From: an uncultured Thermoleophilia bacterium
Lineage (GTDB): Bacteria > Actinomycetota > Thermoleophilia > UBA2241
Direction of reading: 5' to 3'
Assembly (NCBI GenBank): GCA_963702475.1
Contig: CAVPCT010000009.1
Coordinates: 192,001 to 256,000, forward strand
DNA: 64,000 bases
Both the position numbers and the translations under genes were made by a program. This document shows, one piece after another, positions 21,339-30,935 of the stretch. The notes beneath the pieces are model-generated. The model saw only the letters and a list, made by a program, of their open reading frames with translations. It did not search any database and was not told the origin of the DNA. The first letter of the stretch is position 1, and each line of letters begins with the position of its first letter.

Positions 21339-23412
21339 ATGACATCGACCAACACGAAGAGGAGCACGGCGCGGCGCCTCGTCCTTGCGTGCGTGCTGAG
21401 CGTGCTGGCGGCATTCTGGCCTGCGGCGGCCGGCGCGGCTGCTCCGTCATACGACGAGGCCGTGAAGCAGCTCGTCAGCCTCGGGTACCCGCAGTCTGTC
21501 GAGACGTACTTGAGCTCCCTGGGCGCCAACCCGCTCGGCTTCCGTCTCGCCGGCACCGAGGCCGAGCACGCCGCGAGCGAGTACGTCGCGGCGGAGCTCA
21601 GGGACATCGGCCTGAAGAACGTGCGTCTGGAACCGGTGCCGGTCGACGCCTACGAGCTGCTCGGGGCAAGCGTCACGGTCGGCACGCGGAGCATGACCGC
21701 TTCGCAGTTCCCCGGCATCCCCGGCACGCCGCCCGAGGGCATCACCGGCGGCGTCGTGTACGTCCACGACGGCACCGCTGCCGACTTCGATGCCGCCGGC
21801 GATGTGCACGGCAAGATCGTCCTGGTGGACTCGGCCCTGGAGTACTTCTGGCTGAACTCACCCGGCGCCGAGGCAACGGTGCGCGGCGCCACAGCGGTGG
21901 TCTACACCTACGGTCCGCACAGCTACCCCTGGTACGCCATCGCCCCAGATGCGCTGGGCACCAACGACGGCGAGTACATGGACTCGTGGGTGCCGCTTGT
22001 CTATCTCTCCCGGCAGGACGGCGACTGGCTCAAGGGGCAGCTCGAGGATGGGCCCACTACGGCGACCGTCACCAGCTCGGTGAAGGTCACGCCGCACGAC
22101 TTCGACCACCCGGAGGCCGGCGGCGTGGGCTACAACGTGGTGGCCGAGCTGCCGGGCACCTCGGACGACGACTCCTTCGTGCTGGTCACGTCGCACCTGG
22201 ACGCGCACTTCCGCTGCGGGCTCGACGACACCGGCGCCCTGGTGTCGGAGCTGACCATGGCCAAGGCCATGGTCATGAGCGGAGCGAAGCCCAGGCACAC
22301 GGTCGTCTTCCTCTTCACGTGCGGCGAGGAGTACGGCTACGGCAACGCCTACTTCGACTACCTGGCCGGAGCCTGGTGGGCCATCTCCCACACCCATCCC
22401 GACTGGGCCGGGGAGGCCGTCGCCATGCTCAACCTGGAGTGCTTCGCCCGCCCCGGCGTGGCGACGGCGGACACGACGCCCGACCTCGCGCGCTGGCTGC
22501 GTGCCGTGGCCAAGCAGAGGCCGGGATTGGTGCCGTGGGGCCTCGAGGTGTCACCCGTCAAGAGCAGCTGGGACGACGGCTGGCCCTTGCTGGCCGCGGG
22601 CGTCCCCTCCGTGACGCTGGCCGCGACGGGCGACGACTTCTGGGAGCGCTACCACTCCACCTGGGAGACCAAGGAGACCGTCGACTGGCAGTACCTCGGC
22701 AAGCTCACCCGCTTCGTCGGGGCGCTGCAGCGCAGCCTGGACACGGGCCTGCTGCCGTACGACCTGCAGGCACGGGCTCGGGGTATCAAGGCCTCCGTGC
22801 CGGCCGATGAGCTGCGCCTGGCCGGCGTGCCTGCGGCCGAAGTGAGACGCGTCACGCAGGCGGCCAAGGGCTTCACGGCGGCGGTCGACCGGTTCACCGC
22901 TCGCAAGAGCGCCATCCCGGCGTCGCGCGTGCCGGACGTCAACGAGGGCCTGCTCTCCGTGATCGACGACGTCTGCTCGAACCTCACGGGGCTCAGCGCC
23001 TGGGAAGACACCGTGTACCCGCACCAGCAGGTGCTGTGGGACGTCCTCAGTCTCAACGCCACGCTGGCCGAGCTCGACCGCGCGACCCCGCGTCCGCAGA
23101 AGGCGCTCAAGGCGCTCACGAACGTCGGCAAGACAGCATACGGCCTGGCGTTCAGTCCCGAGGTGTACGCGCAGGACCTCGAGCGTCTCGAGCCCGACTA
23201 CCCGGTGCTCACGTGGGGCGCGCTCGGCCACCTCGCGCCCCAGCTCAACGTTCTTGAGCAGTACCGCATGATCGAAGCGGGGCAGTACGCGTCCGCAGTC
23301 GGCGGAGCTCAAACCGATGCGGGATGCCGACCGCACCGAGCTCGTGGCGCGGGTCAGGAGCCTGGACTCGCTGCTGCGGAGTCTCACCAGGCAGGTGAAC
23401 GCCCTGCGCTGA
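21339..23412 (+). CDS. Secreted M28-family peptidase with PA domain; +1 frameshift near 23301
   Basis: Signal peptide; SHLDAH, GLDDTG, GEEYG, YHS motifs. The true C-terminus AELKPMRDADRTELVARV...NALR* (stop 23410-23412) is in the shifted frame. Confidence 0.8.
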
Positions 23413-23447
23413 TGGGCGGTGCCACCGGCGTCCGCGCCGGCACGGGT

Positions 23448-23496
23448 CCGGAGACACGAGAGAGGCGCCCGCGAGGGCGCCCCTCCCGTGCTCCGG
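23448..23496. terminator. Long hairpin between convergent genes
   Basis: CCGGAGACACGAGAGAGGCGCCC-gcga-GGGCGCCCCTCCCGTGCTCCGG; lies between the corrected stops at 23412 and 23519. Confidence 0.6.
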
Positions 23497-23518
23497 CTCT
23501 GTCTCGCCTGCCGGTGGA

Positions 23519-24638
23519 CTACTTGCCCTGCACCGAATCGACCATCGCCTTCACGTTCTCGAACTTGGCGTTGGGCGGGATGGCGCAGCCCATCGCCATG
23601 ATGAACCCGTCCGGGCCGACCTCGGTCGAGCAGCCGGTCGCAGTAGGCCTTGACCTCGTCCACCGTGCCGAGCGTCAGCATCGCCGGTGGCACGTCGCCC
23701 ATCAGGCACATGTGGCCGCCGAGGACCTTCTTGGCGCGGAAGAGGTCGGTCTGCCCGTCGGTCGCCAGCACGCACGTCCGCGCCGGCAGCTCCAGCAGAC
23801 GCTCGATCTCGCGGTCCCAGTCGGCGTCGTAGTGCAGCATCGGGATGCCGCCCTCCTCGGCCACGATCTCCACGAGCTCCTTCATGTACGGCCAGACGAA
23901 GCGGTCCCAGAGTTTGGGGGAGAGGAACTGCGGCGCGGTGCGCCAGCTCCCGACCCAGTAGCCGAACGGCCCGATGGCGCGGATCATCTGGCGCGTCTGC
24001 TCGCGCTTCTCGGCCATGATGGCCTGCATCACCGCCTCGACCTTGTCCGGACGCGTGAACAGGTCCATGGTGAATTCCTGGATGGTGCGGCCGCCGCAGA
24101 GGTGCTCGTACGGGTGGTCGACGGTCGAGGCGCTGAACACGACGTAGCCGCGCCCCATGAACTCGCCGACCCAGCGCGGCCCCTTCTGCTGAAGCTGCGC
24201 GCCGGCCGCGGCGGCCTCGCCCAGGTACGTGCCGATGTACTGCCCGAACCACGGACCCCAGCCCATCTCCAGGATGCGGTCGTAGTCCTGCGGCTGGATG
24301 CGGACCTGCTCGTCGAGCTGCCAGAGGGCGTCGTCGGGCAGGTCGCGGCCGGGGAGCTTCATCGGGGCCAGCCAGAGCATCCCGAGGATCGCGGGGGCAT
24401 AGCTGGCCCACTGCACGGAGTCGACGTCGCCGAGCTTCTCCGTGGCGGCGAGCATCGTCTGGCCGGCCACGTCGAGGTCGGCGCAGAACTCCGAGTACTT
24501 CACGCCCATCGTGTTGCAGGCAAAGGTGTCCAGGACCAGGGAGAGCGGCACGCGGTCGGGCGTGCCGCAGTGGATCGCGGTCTGGATGCGGCCCATGCGC
24601 TCGAGGAAGAGCGGGTTGGGGGGCGGTGTCTCGGCCAT
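23519..24638 (-). CDS. URO-D-family corrinoid methyltransferase; +1 frameshift near 23625
   Basis: TPDRVPL, TMDLFTRPDKV, MLHYDADW, LMGDVPP, GTVDEVKAYC. The tail EVGPDGFIMAMGCAIPPNAKFENVKAM...GK* is in the shifted frame. Confidence 0.83.
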
Positions 24639-24639
24639 G

Positions 24640-25272
24640 TCAGCTCACCCCCAGCACGCTCTTGGCGACGGTCACGCCGTCCTGCGCTGTCTTGCAGTAG
24701 TGGTCGGCGCTCACGTAGCGGGCGGCCTCCTCGGTCATCGGGCCGCCCCCCACAAGGATCGTGACCTTGTCCCTGAGGCCGGCGCGCTCGATGGTGGCGA
24801 CGGCCTCCTTCATGCCGTCGAAGACGGTGGTGAGCAGGGCGGACATGCCGACCAGCGTCGCGTGGCTCTCCTGGATCGCGTCGACCCAGTCCTGGTGGTC
24901 GACGTCAACGCCCAGGTCGACGACCTTGATGCCGTTGGACGACAGCACCGTGCCGGCGATGTTCTTGCCGAACTCGTGGATGTCACCCTTCACGGTGCCG
25001 AGCACCATGGTGCCGACGGCGTTCCCGGATGCGTCGGCGAGCGCGTCCTGCAGAGGAGCGCTGGCCTGCTTGAAGATCTCGCCCGCGTAGATGAGCTCCG
25101 ACAGATAGTACTCGCCGGCCTCGAACCGGTCGCCGACGACGGTCATGCCCTCCTGGAGCTCCCCCAGGATGGCCATGGGCGCCTCTCCCGCGGCCAGCTT
25201 CTCCCGGACGAGGCCCGTCGCCTCGTCCGGCTGCAGGTCGCCCATCGCCTGGGCGAGTGGGGAGCGTGTCAT
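24640..25272 (-). CDS. Corrinoid (cobalamin-binding) protein
   Basis: YYLSELIYAGE, GTVKGDIHEFGK, MSALLT, VGGG. Confidence 0.92.
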   Translation of the reverse strand: MTRSPLAQAMGDLQPDEATGLVREKLAAGEAPMAILGELQEGMTVVGDRFEAGEYYLSELIYAGEIFKQASAPLQDALADASGNAVGTMVLGTVKGDIHEFGKNIAGTVLSSNGIKVVDLGVDVDHQDWVDAIQESHATLVGMSALLTTVFDGMKEAVATIERAGLRDKVTILVGGGPMTEEAARYVSADHYCKTAQDGVTVAKSVLGVS

Positions 25273-25310
25273 GAAACCCCCTTCATCTGTGGTCCCGGTC
25301 GCGTATGGTA

Positions 25311-25367
25311 CAACTGGAAACGTTGACTAGAATGCTACCATGTACACTACGCTGCGGTGTGGGTCAA
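25311..25367. promoter_or_regulatory. Divergent promoter region (corrinoid operon / regulator)
   Basis: Plus strand TTGACT-N19-TACGCT; minus strand TTGACC-N17-TACATG; contains the half-site AGTCAACGTTT (minus, 25318-25328). Confidence 0.5.
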
Positions 25368-25415
25368 GGACCCCATCGGCGCTGGAGCAGGCCGGGACGG
25401 AGCTGGGGGAGGGGC

Positions 25416-26345
25416 GTGCGAGCGCTGACGATAGGCGAGCTCGAGCGGGAGAGCGGCGTACGCCGCCGCACGATCTACTACTACGTGCACCATGGGCTGC
25501 TGCCCGAGGCGCAGAAGTCCAGCCCGAGCCGCGCTCTCTACACCGAGGCCCACCTCGCGCTCCTGCGCGACATCGAGGAGTTGCGCACGCAGGGGCTGCG
25601 TCTCGCCCGGATCCGGGAGAGGCTGGCCGGCCGTGTGCGGGCGGCGGGAGAGAACGGGGTGGACCTGGTCGCCCTCCGCGACCAGGAGACCCGGGAGGCA
25701 ATCCTTGCCGCCGCGACCCACAGCTTCGCGCACAAGAGCTACAAGGGCACGCGCATGGCCGACCTCGTGGCCGAGCTCGGCATCACCCCGCAGCTGCTGT
25801 ACTCGCACTTCGCCACCAAGCGCGAGCTCTTCGTGGCCTGCTACAAGGTGGCCGTCCGGTACATGGCCGGCGTGGTGGTGCCTTTGGCCGGCCAGAGCGA
25901 CGACCCCGCGGTGCACCTGGTCTGGTACATGTACGCCGACAAGGGCATCAAGGCGTTCGCGCCGGACATGTTCATGCTGGCGGTAGAGGCCGCCCGGCAC
26001 GACGAGGCGGCGCGGCGCGACCTCCTCGAGGCCTACGAGACGATCTTCCGGGACCTCCTCACCGATCTGCGGCGTCTGCGCGGCGCCGACGACCGGCCGC
26101 CGTTCTCTGACGAGCTCATCAGCCACGGTCTCTTCGGCGCGTTCGAGCAGATGCTCGCACGCGCCGCGCTCGACGATGAGTACTCGTGGCGCGAGGTCGT
26201 GCGGACGACCCTCGGCATCTTCCTCGCCGTCGCCGCCGGGTACGGCGGTGACCTCGACCTGGGCGCCTTGGTCGCGCGCTACGACACCCTGCTCGACGAG
26301 GTCGCCGAGCTCCCGCCGCCGGTGCCGCTCGAGCTGCAGACGTAG
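25416..26345 (+). CDS. MerR-TetR fusion regulator (copy 2)
   Basis: GTG start after GGGAGG; 309 aa, collinear with copy 1. Confidence 0.85.
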   Translation: MRALTIGELERESGVRRRTIYYYVHHGLLPEAQKSSPSRALYTEAHLALLRDIEELRTQGLRLARIRERLAGRVRAAGENGVDLVALRDQETREAILAAATHSFAHKSYKGTRMADLVAELGITPQLLYSHFATKRELFVACYKVAVRYMAGVVVPLAGQSDDPAVHLVWYMYADKGIKAFAPDMFMLAVEAARHDEAARRDLLEAYETIFRDLLTDLRRLRGADDRPPFSDELISHGLFGAFEQMLARAALDDEYSWREVVRTTLGIFLAVAAGYGGDLDLGALVARYDTLLDEVAELPPPVPLELQT

Positions 26346-26347
26346 AC

Positions 26348-26370
26348 CGGCGGTCGCTCGGCGACCGCCG
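26348..26370 (+). terminator. Hairpin after the regulator gene
   Basis: Perfect 10-bp stem CGGCGGTCGC / GCGACCGCCG. Confidence 0.5.
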
Positions 26371-26428
26371 CCACTTCATGCCTGCCGTCGCCGCCTATCG
26401 CGGCGCGAGACCCTCGTCACCTGCTCTC

Positions 26429-26466
26429 TTGACAACATCTCTAGTCCTCGTTTAGAAACGTTGCAC
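26429..26466 (+). promoter_or_regulatory. Promoter/operator of the ferredoxin-flavoprotein operon
   Basis: TTGACA-N17-TTAGAA overlapped by the imperfect inverted repeat AGTCCTCGTTT-ag-AAACGTTGCAC. Confidence 0.55.
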
Positions 26467-26533
26467 TCGACCGCGACAAGCCTGCTCGCGCTCGTCCGTC
26501 CACATCGACACCACGTGCGAACGGAGGGGTTCC

Positions 26534-26755
26534 TTGAACGCCATCGCCATCGACCGTGACGCCTGTACCAGCTGCCAGACCTGCTACGAGGTCTGCTTCA
26601 TGGACGTCTTCCGCTGGGACGACGCCGAAGACCAGCCCGTCGTGGCCTACGCGGAGGATTGCGTCGGCTGCAACAAGTGCGAGCTCGAGTGTCCTGCCGA
26701 GTGCATCGCGGTGATCATCGACTTTGCCGGCATCTACTGGCCGGAGGTGGTGTGA
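26534..26755 (+). CDS. 2x[4Fe-4S] ferredoxin (short AprB-like)
   Basis: CTSCQTCYEVC and CVGCNKCELECP; TTG start after GGAGG. Confidence 0.9.
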   Translation: MNAIAIDRDACTSCQTCYEVCFMDVFRWDDAEDQPVVAYAEDCVGCNKCELECPAECIAVIIDFAGIYWPEVV

Positions 26756-26756
26756 G

Positions 26757-28469
26757 GTGGCGACCCTGGACTCTCTCGGCACCGTGTTCAGCGCCGACCT
26801 GCTGGTCGTCGGCGGGGGCATCGCCGGCCTCTCGCTCGCGATCCGCGCGAAGGAACTCGACCCCGAGGTCGACGTGCTCGTGCTCGACAAGGTCGTCAGC
26901 GGCTGGGGCGGCAAGGCCAACAAGGGCGGCGGCAACATCGTGTTCATGGACGCGGCCGCCGACAAGGTCCTCGACTTCCACGTGAACAACGTCGGCGAGT
27001 ACCTCGAGGACCAGGACCTGCTCCAGAAGTTCGCCGAGGAGTCGCGGCCGGACCTGGAGCGCCTCGAGAGCTGGGGCGTGCACATCTATCGCGACGACGC
27101 CGGCGAGCCCAGGTACGTGCGCTGGCTGCCGGAGCACCCCTGGTGCCTCGCCGTCCTGGACCAGGACCTCACGCTGAACCTCGCCAAGCACGCGCGCAAG
27201 CTCGGCGTGCGCTTCCGCGACCGCGTCGAGATCGTCGACCTGCTCAAGGACGGCGAGCGCGTGTGCGGGGCGATCGGCTTCGGCATGGTCGAGGGCGAGT
27301 GCGTCATCGTCCGCGCCGGCGCGGTCGTCCTCGCCAACGGCAACCAGTGCTTCAAGCTCATGCCGCGCTGGTCGAGTGCCGGCGGCGAGGGCATCGCCGC
27401 GGCCTGGCGCGCCGGCGCCGTCATGCGCAACGCCGAGTTCGGCAACTTCATCAACTGGGTCTTCGCCGACACCAAAGAGGTCTGCCAGGGTGCCGAGGAC
27501 TGCCTCTACAACGCCAAGGGCGAGAACATCTCCAAGCGCGTGCGGCCCACGCTCGAGTCGGACGTGCACTCCAAGGAGGTCGTGGAGTGGTGGAAGGAGA
27601 TGAAGGCCGGCAACGGTCCCATCGTCGCCAACATGATCGAGAACTACGTGAACAACGAGATCGTGCCGGCCTTCCACGAGGACAAGCTCGCGGTCAGGCC
27701 GGTCTCGATGAAGTTCTGGGGCCTCACCATCGGCAAGGCCATGGCGGCCGCCACGGTCAAGGGCCCCATGCAGCCGGTCATGCCCGGCCTCAACGCCGAG
27801 CTCTCGCCGGTCAAGGTCGACCACCTCATGGCGACGACGGTCTCCGGCCTCTTCGCTATCGGCGACACCGGGTACGGCGGCTCGTGCATCGCCGGCGCGG
27901 TGCCGGCGCCGCCCGGCCGCATGCGTGGCTCGGGCCTGGGCTTCGCCGTGTTCAGCGCCGTGCAGTGCGCGCCGGCGGCCGTGGCCGCGGCCAGGGCCGG
28001 CGCGGGCGCGCCTGACGCCGGCCAGGCCGAGGCGCTCAAGGCGCGCATCGTGGCGCCGCTCGGGCGCAGCGGCATGCAGCCTGTCGAGATGGTCCACGCC
28101 GTGCAGGACGCCATGGTCCCGGTCGGCTACAGCATCTACAAGAGCGCCGACCGCATGAGCGAGGCCCTCGACAAGGTCCTCGCGCTCAAGGAGCAGGTGC
28201 CGCAGCTCTCGGCCGGCGACCCGCACCACCTGGCCGCGTGTCACGTCGCTGAGGCCATGGTGCTCGGGGCGGAACTGTTCTACAGGGCGTCGCTGGCCCG
28301 TGAGGAGACGCGCGGCTGGCACCTCCGCGAGGACTTCCCCGAGCGCGACGACGCCCACTTCCTCAAGTGGATCGAGATCCGCGATGTCGCCGGGGAGATG
28401 GCGCTCTCGCTCGAGGACGTGCCGGTCAGCACCTATCCGCTGCAGCCGGGCGCGGCTGACGCCGTCTGA
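26757..28469 (+). CDS. AprA/SdhA/FrdA-family flavoprotein
   Basis: DLLVVGGGIAG, AWRAGAVMRNAEF, TTVSGLFAIGD, ASLAREETRGWHLREDFPERDD. Confidence 0.88.
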   Translation: MATLDSLGTVFSADLLVVGGGIAGLSLAIRAKELDPEVDVLVLDKVVSGWGGKANKGGGNIVFMDAAADKVLDFHVNNVGEYLEDQDLLQKFAEESRPDLERLESWGVHIYRDDAGEPRYVRWLPEHPWCLAVLDQDLTLNLAKHARKLGVRFRDRVEIVDLLKDGERVCGAIGFGMVEGECVIVRAGAVVLANGNQCFKLMPRWSSAGGEGIAAAWRAGAVMRNAEFGNFINWVFADTKEVCQGAEDCLYNAKGENISKRVRPTLESDVHSKEVVEWWKEMKAGNGPIVANMIENYVNNEIVPAFHEDKLAVRPVSMKFWGLTIGKAMAAATVKGPMQPVMPGLNAELSPVKVDHLMATTVSGLFAIGDTGYGGSCIAGAVPAPPGRMRGSGLGFAVFSAVQCAPAAVAAARAGAGAPDAGQAEALKARIVAPLGRSGMQPVEMVHAVQDAMVPVGYSIYKSADRMSEALDKVLALKEQVPQLSAGDPHHLAACHVAEAMVLGAELFYRASLAREETRGWHLREDFPERDDAHFLKWIEIRDVAGEMALSLEDVPVSTYPLQPGAADAV

Positions 28470-28544
28470 TGGAGAAGACGCTCATCGCCGGGGGCGACCC
28501 GCACGGCCCGGCGGCGCCGGGGAAGCCCTGAACGGGGACGCGCG

Positions 28545-29474
28545 ATGCGCGTTCTCAGCATAGGCGAGCTGGAGGCCGCCAGCGGCGTCTCCAGGCAGGC
28601 CATCTACTCCTACGTGCGCGCCGGCATGCTGCCGGCCGCCCAGAAGGCGAGCCCCAGCCGGGCGCTGTACACCGATGACCACCTCGCTCTGCTCGAGGAG
28701 ATCGAGGAGCTCAGACGGCAGGGGCTGCGCCGGTCGGTCATCAAGGCCAGGCTCGAGGGGCGGGTCCGCGAGGCCGGCAGCAACGACGTCGACCTCGTCG
28801 CCCGCCGCGATCAGGAGACCCGCGATGCCATACTGGCCGCCGCCACTCGCAGCTTCGCGACCAGGGGGTACAAAGGGACGCGCATGGCCGACCTCATCGA
28901 GGAGCTCGGCATCACGCCACAGATCCTGTACGGCTCCTTCGCCACCAAGCAGGAGCTGTTCGTCGCTTGTTACAGGGTCGCCGTCCGGTCCATGAACCGC
29001 ATTCTCAAGCAGCGGTTCGAGGCCGTGGACGACGAGGCTGAGATACAGATCTGGGGCATGTACGCGGACACCGGCATCAGGGCGTTCGCACCTAATCTGA
29101 TGATGCTGGCGCAGGAGGCGGCCCAGCACGACGAAGAAGCGCGGCGCGACCTGCGCGAGGCGTTCGCGACCATCACCGAGCAGACGGTGCAGTACTTCCG
29201 CGGCTTGCGCCGCTCAGCGGACGACCCACCCTTCTCAGACGAGCTCGTCACGCACGCGCTCGTCGGCGCGTTCCAGCAGATGTACGCGCGCGCCGCCCTG
29301 GACGACGAGTACTCCTTGCGCGACGTGATGCGCAACAACCTCGGCCTCTTCCTGGCCGTCAGGGCTGCGTACCGGGGGGAGCTCGATCTCGGCGAGCTGA
29401 CCACCCGGTACGGAGCCCTGATCGACGAGGTGTCGCACCTGCCGCCGCCGGCTCCCGAGGAGTTCACGCCGTGA
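28545..29474 (+). CDS. MerR-TetR fusion regulator (copy 3)
   Basis: 309 aa, collinear with copies 1 and 2. Confidence 0.85.
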   Translation: MRVLSIGELEAASGVSRQAIYSYVRAGMLPAAQKASPSRALYTDDHLALLEEIEELRRQGLRRSVIKARLEGRVREAGSNDVDLVARRDQETRDAILAAATRSFATRGYKGTRMADLIEELGITPQILYGSFATKQELFVACYRVAVRSMNRILKQRFEAVDDEAEIQIWGMYADTGIRAFAPNLMMLAQEAAQHDEEARRDLREAFATITEQTVQYFRGLRRSADDPPFSDELVTHALVGAFQQMYARAALDDEYSLRDVMRNNLGLFLAVRAAYRGELDLGELTTRYGALIDEVSHLPPPAPEEFTP

Positions 29475-29583
29475 GTCGGGGAGCCGCGCGCACCGTCGCG
29501 CCGGGCCGGGTGGCGGGCAGGGCTCGAAGGAGACATCGCTCCATGAGATGAACGTGCGGACCGGCCGACCGCAAGGAGGCTGC

Positions 29584-30059
29584 ATGTCATCAGGACTCAC
29601 CGACGCGATCCTCGCCATGGACGAGGCCGAAGCCCTTCGCCTGGTCACGGAGATGCTCGACAGCGGCGCCGATCCCGACGCTGTGCTCGACGAGGCCTAG
29701 AGAGCCATGACCGAGCTCGGCGACCGCTTCGCGCGCGAGGAGGCTTTCATCCCCGAGCTCATCATGGGCGGCGAGATCATGAAGGGCATCGCCGCCCTCC
29801 TCAAGCCGCACCTCGGGGCCACGGCCGAGACGCAGAAGCGCGGCACGATCGTCCTCGGCACCGTGCACGGCGACATCCACGACATCGGCAAGGACGTCGT
29901 CGTGATGCTTCTGGGGCGACGTCCCAGGCTCGCCGATGGTCACTGGCGCGCCCGCTGAGGTCAGGGACTATGCCAAGGTGGTCATCGACGACTTCGGCGA
30001 GACCGGCGGGCTCACCATCGACGGCGCCAACTCCATCACCGATGAGGCCCGGCCGGGCC
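29584..30059 (+). pseudogene. Corrinoid protein / URO-D methyltransferase deletion-fusion pseudogene
   Basis: Corrinoid N-terminal half with an in-frame TAG (29698-29700), joined at TGCT (29906) to the methyltransferase tail CFWGDVPGSPMVTGAPAEVRDY...GANSITDEARP, which matches the 3' end of the 14308-15567 gene. Confidence 0.88.
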
Positions 30060-30266
30060 TCAGCGCATCAGCAGGAAGAAGTAGGCAAGAAACCCGACGA
30101 CGCCGGTGACGACTACAGCCGTCATCACCCCGACCCAGAGGAGCAAGAGCACGCGACGCCAGCGGTGCCCGTGCACGGCACCGGCGTCGTCGATCTCGCC
30201 GCAGACGCCCTCGCGGCTCTCCGCGCGAGCCTGTGACCCCTCAGCCTGTGCATCCCCCTGGTCCAC
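30060..30266 (-). CDS. Small hypothetical protein with C-terminal transmembrane helix
   Basis: 68 aa with hydrophobic VLLLLWVGVMTAVVVTGVVGFLAYFFLL; CATACT 8 nt upstream of GTG (possibly leaderless). Confidence 0.5.
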   Translation of the reverse strand: MDQGDAQAEGSQARAESREGVCGEIDDAGAVHGHRWRRVLLLLWVGVMTAVVVTGVVGFLAYFFLLMR

Positions 30267-30355
30267 TTCGCCTCAGTATGCCGCCACGGAGAGGGCCGGC
30301 CGGCCGACCGGCACTGCCGCCGTCCGTTCGGGTCTTCTCACCCCTCACACGAAGA

Positions 30356-30376
30356 AGCCCCGCCGAAGGCGGGGCT
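30356..30376 (-). terminator. rpmB terminator
   Basis: Minus strand AGCCCCGCC-TTC-GGCGGGGCT followed by TCTTC. Confidence 0.7.
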
Positions 30377-30415
30377 ACCCTGCCGCGCGGCGGCGGCGTG
30401 ACGTATCCGTGAGGC

Positions 30416-30607
30416 TCAGAGAGCCTTGGTCACCCTGCCCGATTTGAGGCAGCGGGTGCAGACGTAGGCGTTCTTTGGACGGCCGTCAACGAGAATGCGG
30501 ACACGCTGCAGATTGGGCTCGAAGCGGCGCTTCGTGACGCGGTGCGAGTGGCTCACGTTGTGGCCGACCACAGGCGCCTTGCCGCAGGTCGTGCAGACTT
30601 TGGACAT
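30416..30607 (-). CDS. rpmB: 50S ribosomal protein L28 (Cys-containing form)
   Basis: MSKVCTTCGKAPVVGHNVSHSHRVTKRRFEPNLQRVR...CTRCLKSG. Confidence 0.97.
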   Translation of the reverse strand: MSKVCTTCGKAPVVGHNVSHSHRVTKRRFEPNLQRVRILVDGRPKNAYVCTRCLKSGRVTKAL

Positions 30608-30718
30608 GGGTGGTTCCTCGCTTGATAGGGCGACAGCTGCGCTAGTATGCTGCACCACGTCGGGCAACGCAAACGCGGGGCCCTCGTCTTGCGCCGGCAT
30701 CACAGACCAGCGAGGCCC

Positions 30719-30925
30719 ATGGCAGCGTTCAGCAAAGAGATGTCCATCTTCGAAGCGCTCGCCGCCGACTCCCGCGCGCGCGGCATCTTCGAGAGCCACG
30801 GCATGGCCTGCTGCCTGTGCATCGGCGCCCAGTCGGAGAGCATCGAGGCCGGCGCCATCCTCCACCAGGTCGACCCCGACCTCGTTGTGCGCGAATTGAA
30901 CAGCCTGGCGCCGGACGGGTGCTGA
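30719..30925 (+). CDS. DUF1858-domain small protein
   Basis: FSKEMSIFEAL...FESHGMACCLCIGAQSESIEAGAILHQVDPD. Confidence 0.8.
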   Translation: MAAFSKEMSIFEALAADSRARGIFESHGMACCLCIGAQSESIEAGAILHQVDPDLVVRELNSLAPDGC

Positions 30926-30935
30926 GGCCGGGTCA

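Noticed and set aside
21339-24764. 1141-aa plus-strand ORF overlapping a 695-aa minus-strand ORF (apparent long antisense gene overlap)
   Set aside because: Artefact of two single-base frameshifts. The corrected genes end at 23412 and 23519 with a hairpin between them.
26534-28469. Dissimilatory sulfate reduction (aprBA) call
   Set aside because: The beta-like subunit is too short and there is no sat, qmo or dsr context.
29698-29700. In-frame TAG in a corrinoid gene as a possible pyrrolysine codon
   Set aside because: The gene is also truncated by a deletion, the paralogue has AAG (Lys) at this site, no pyl genes are in the window, and the MtmB and MttB homologues lack amber codons. A nonsense mutation is the simpler explanation.
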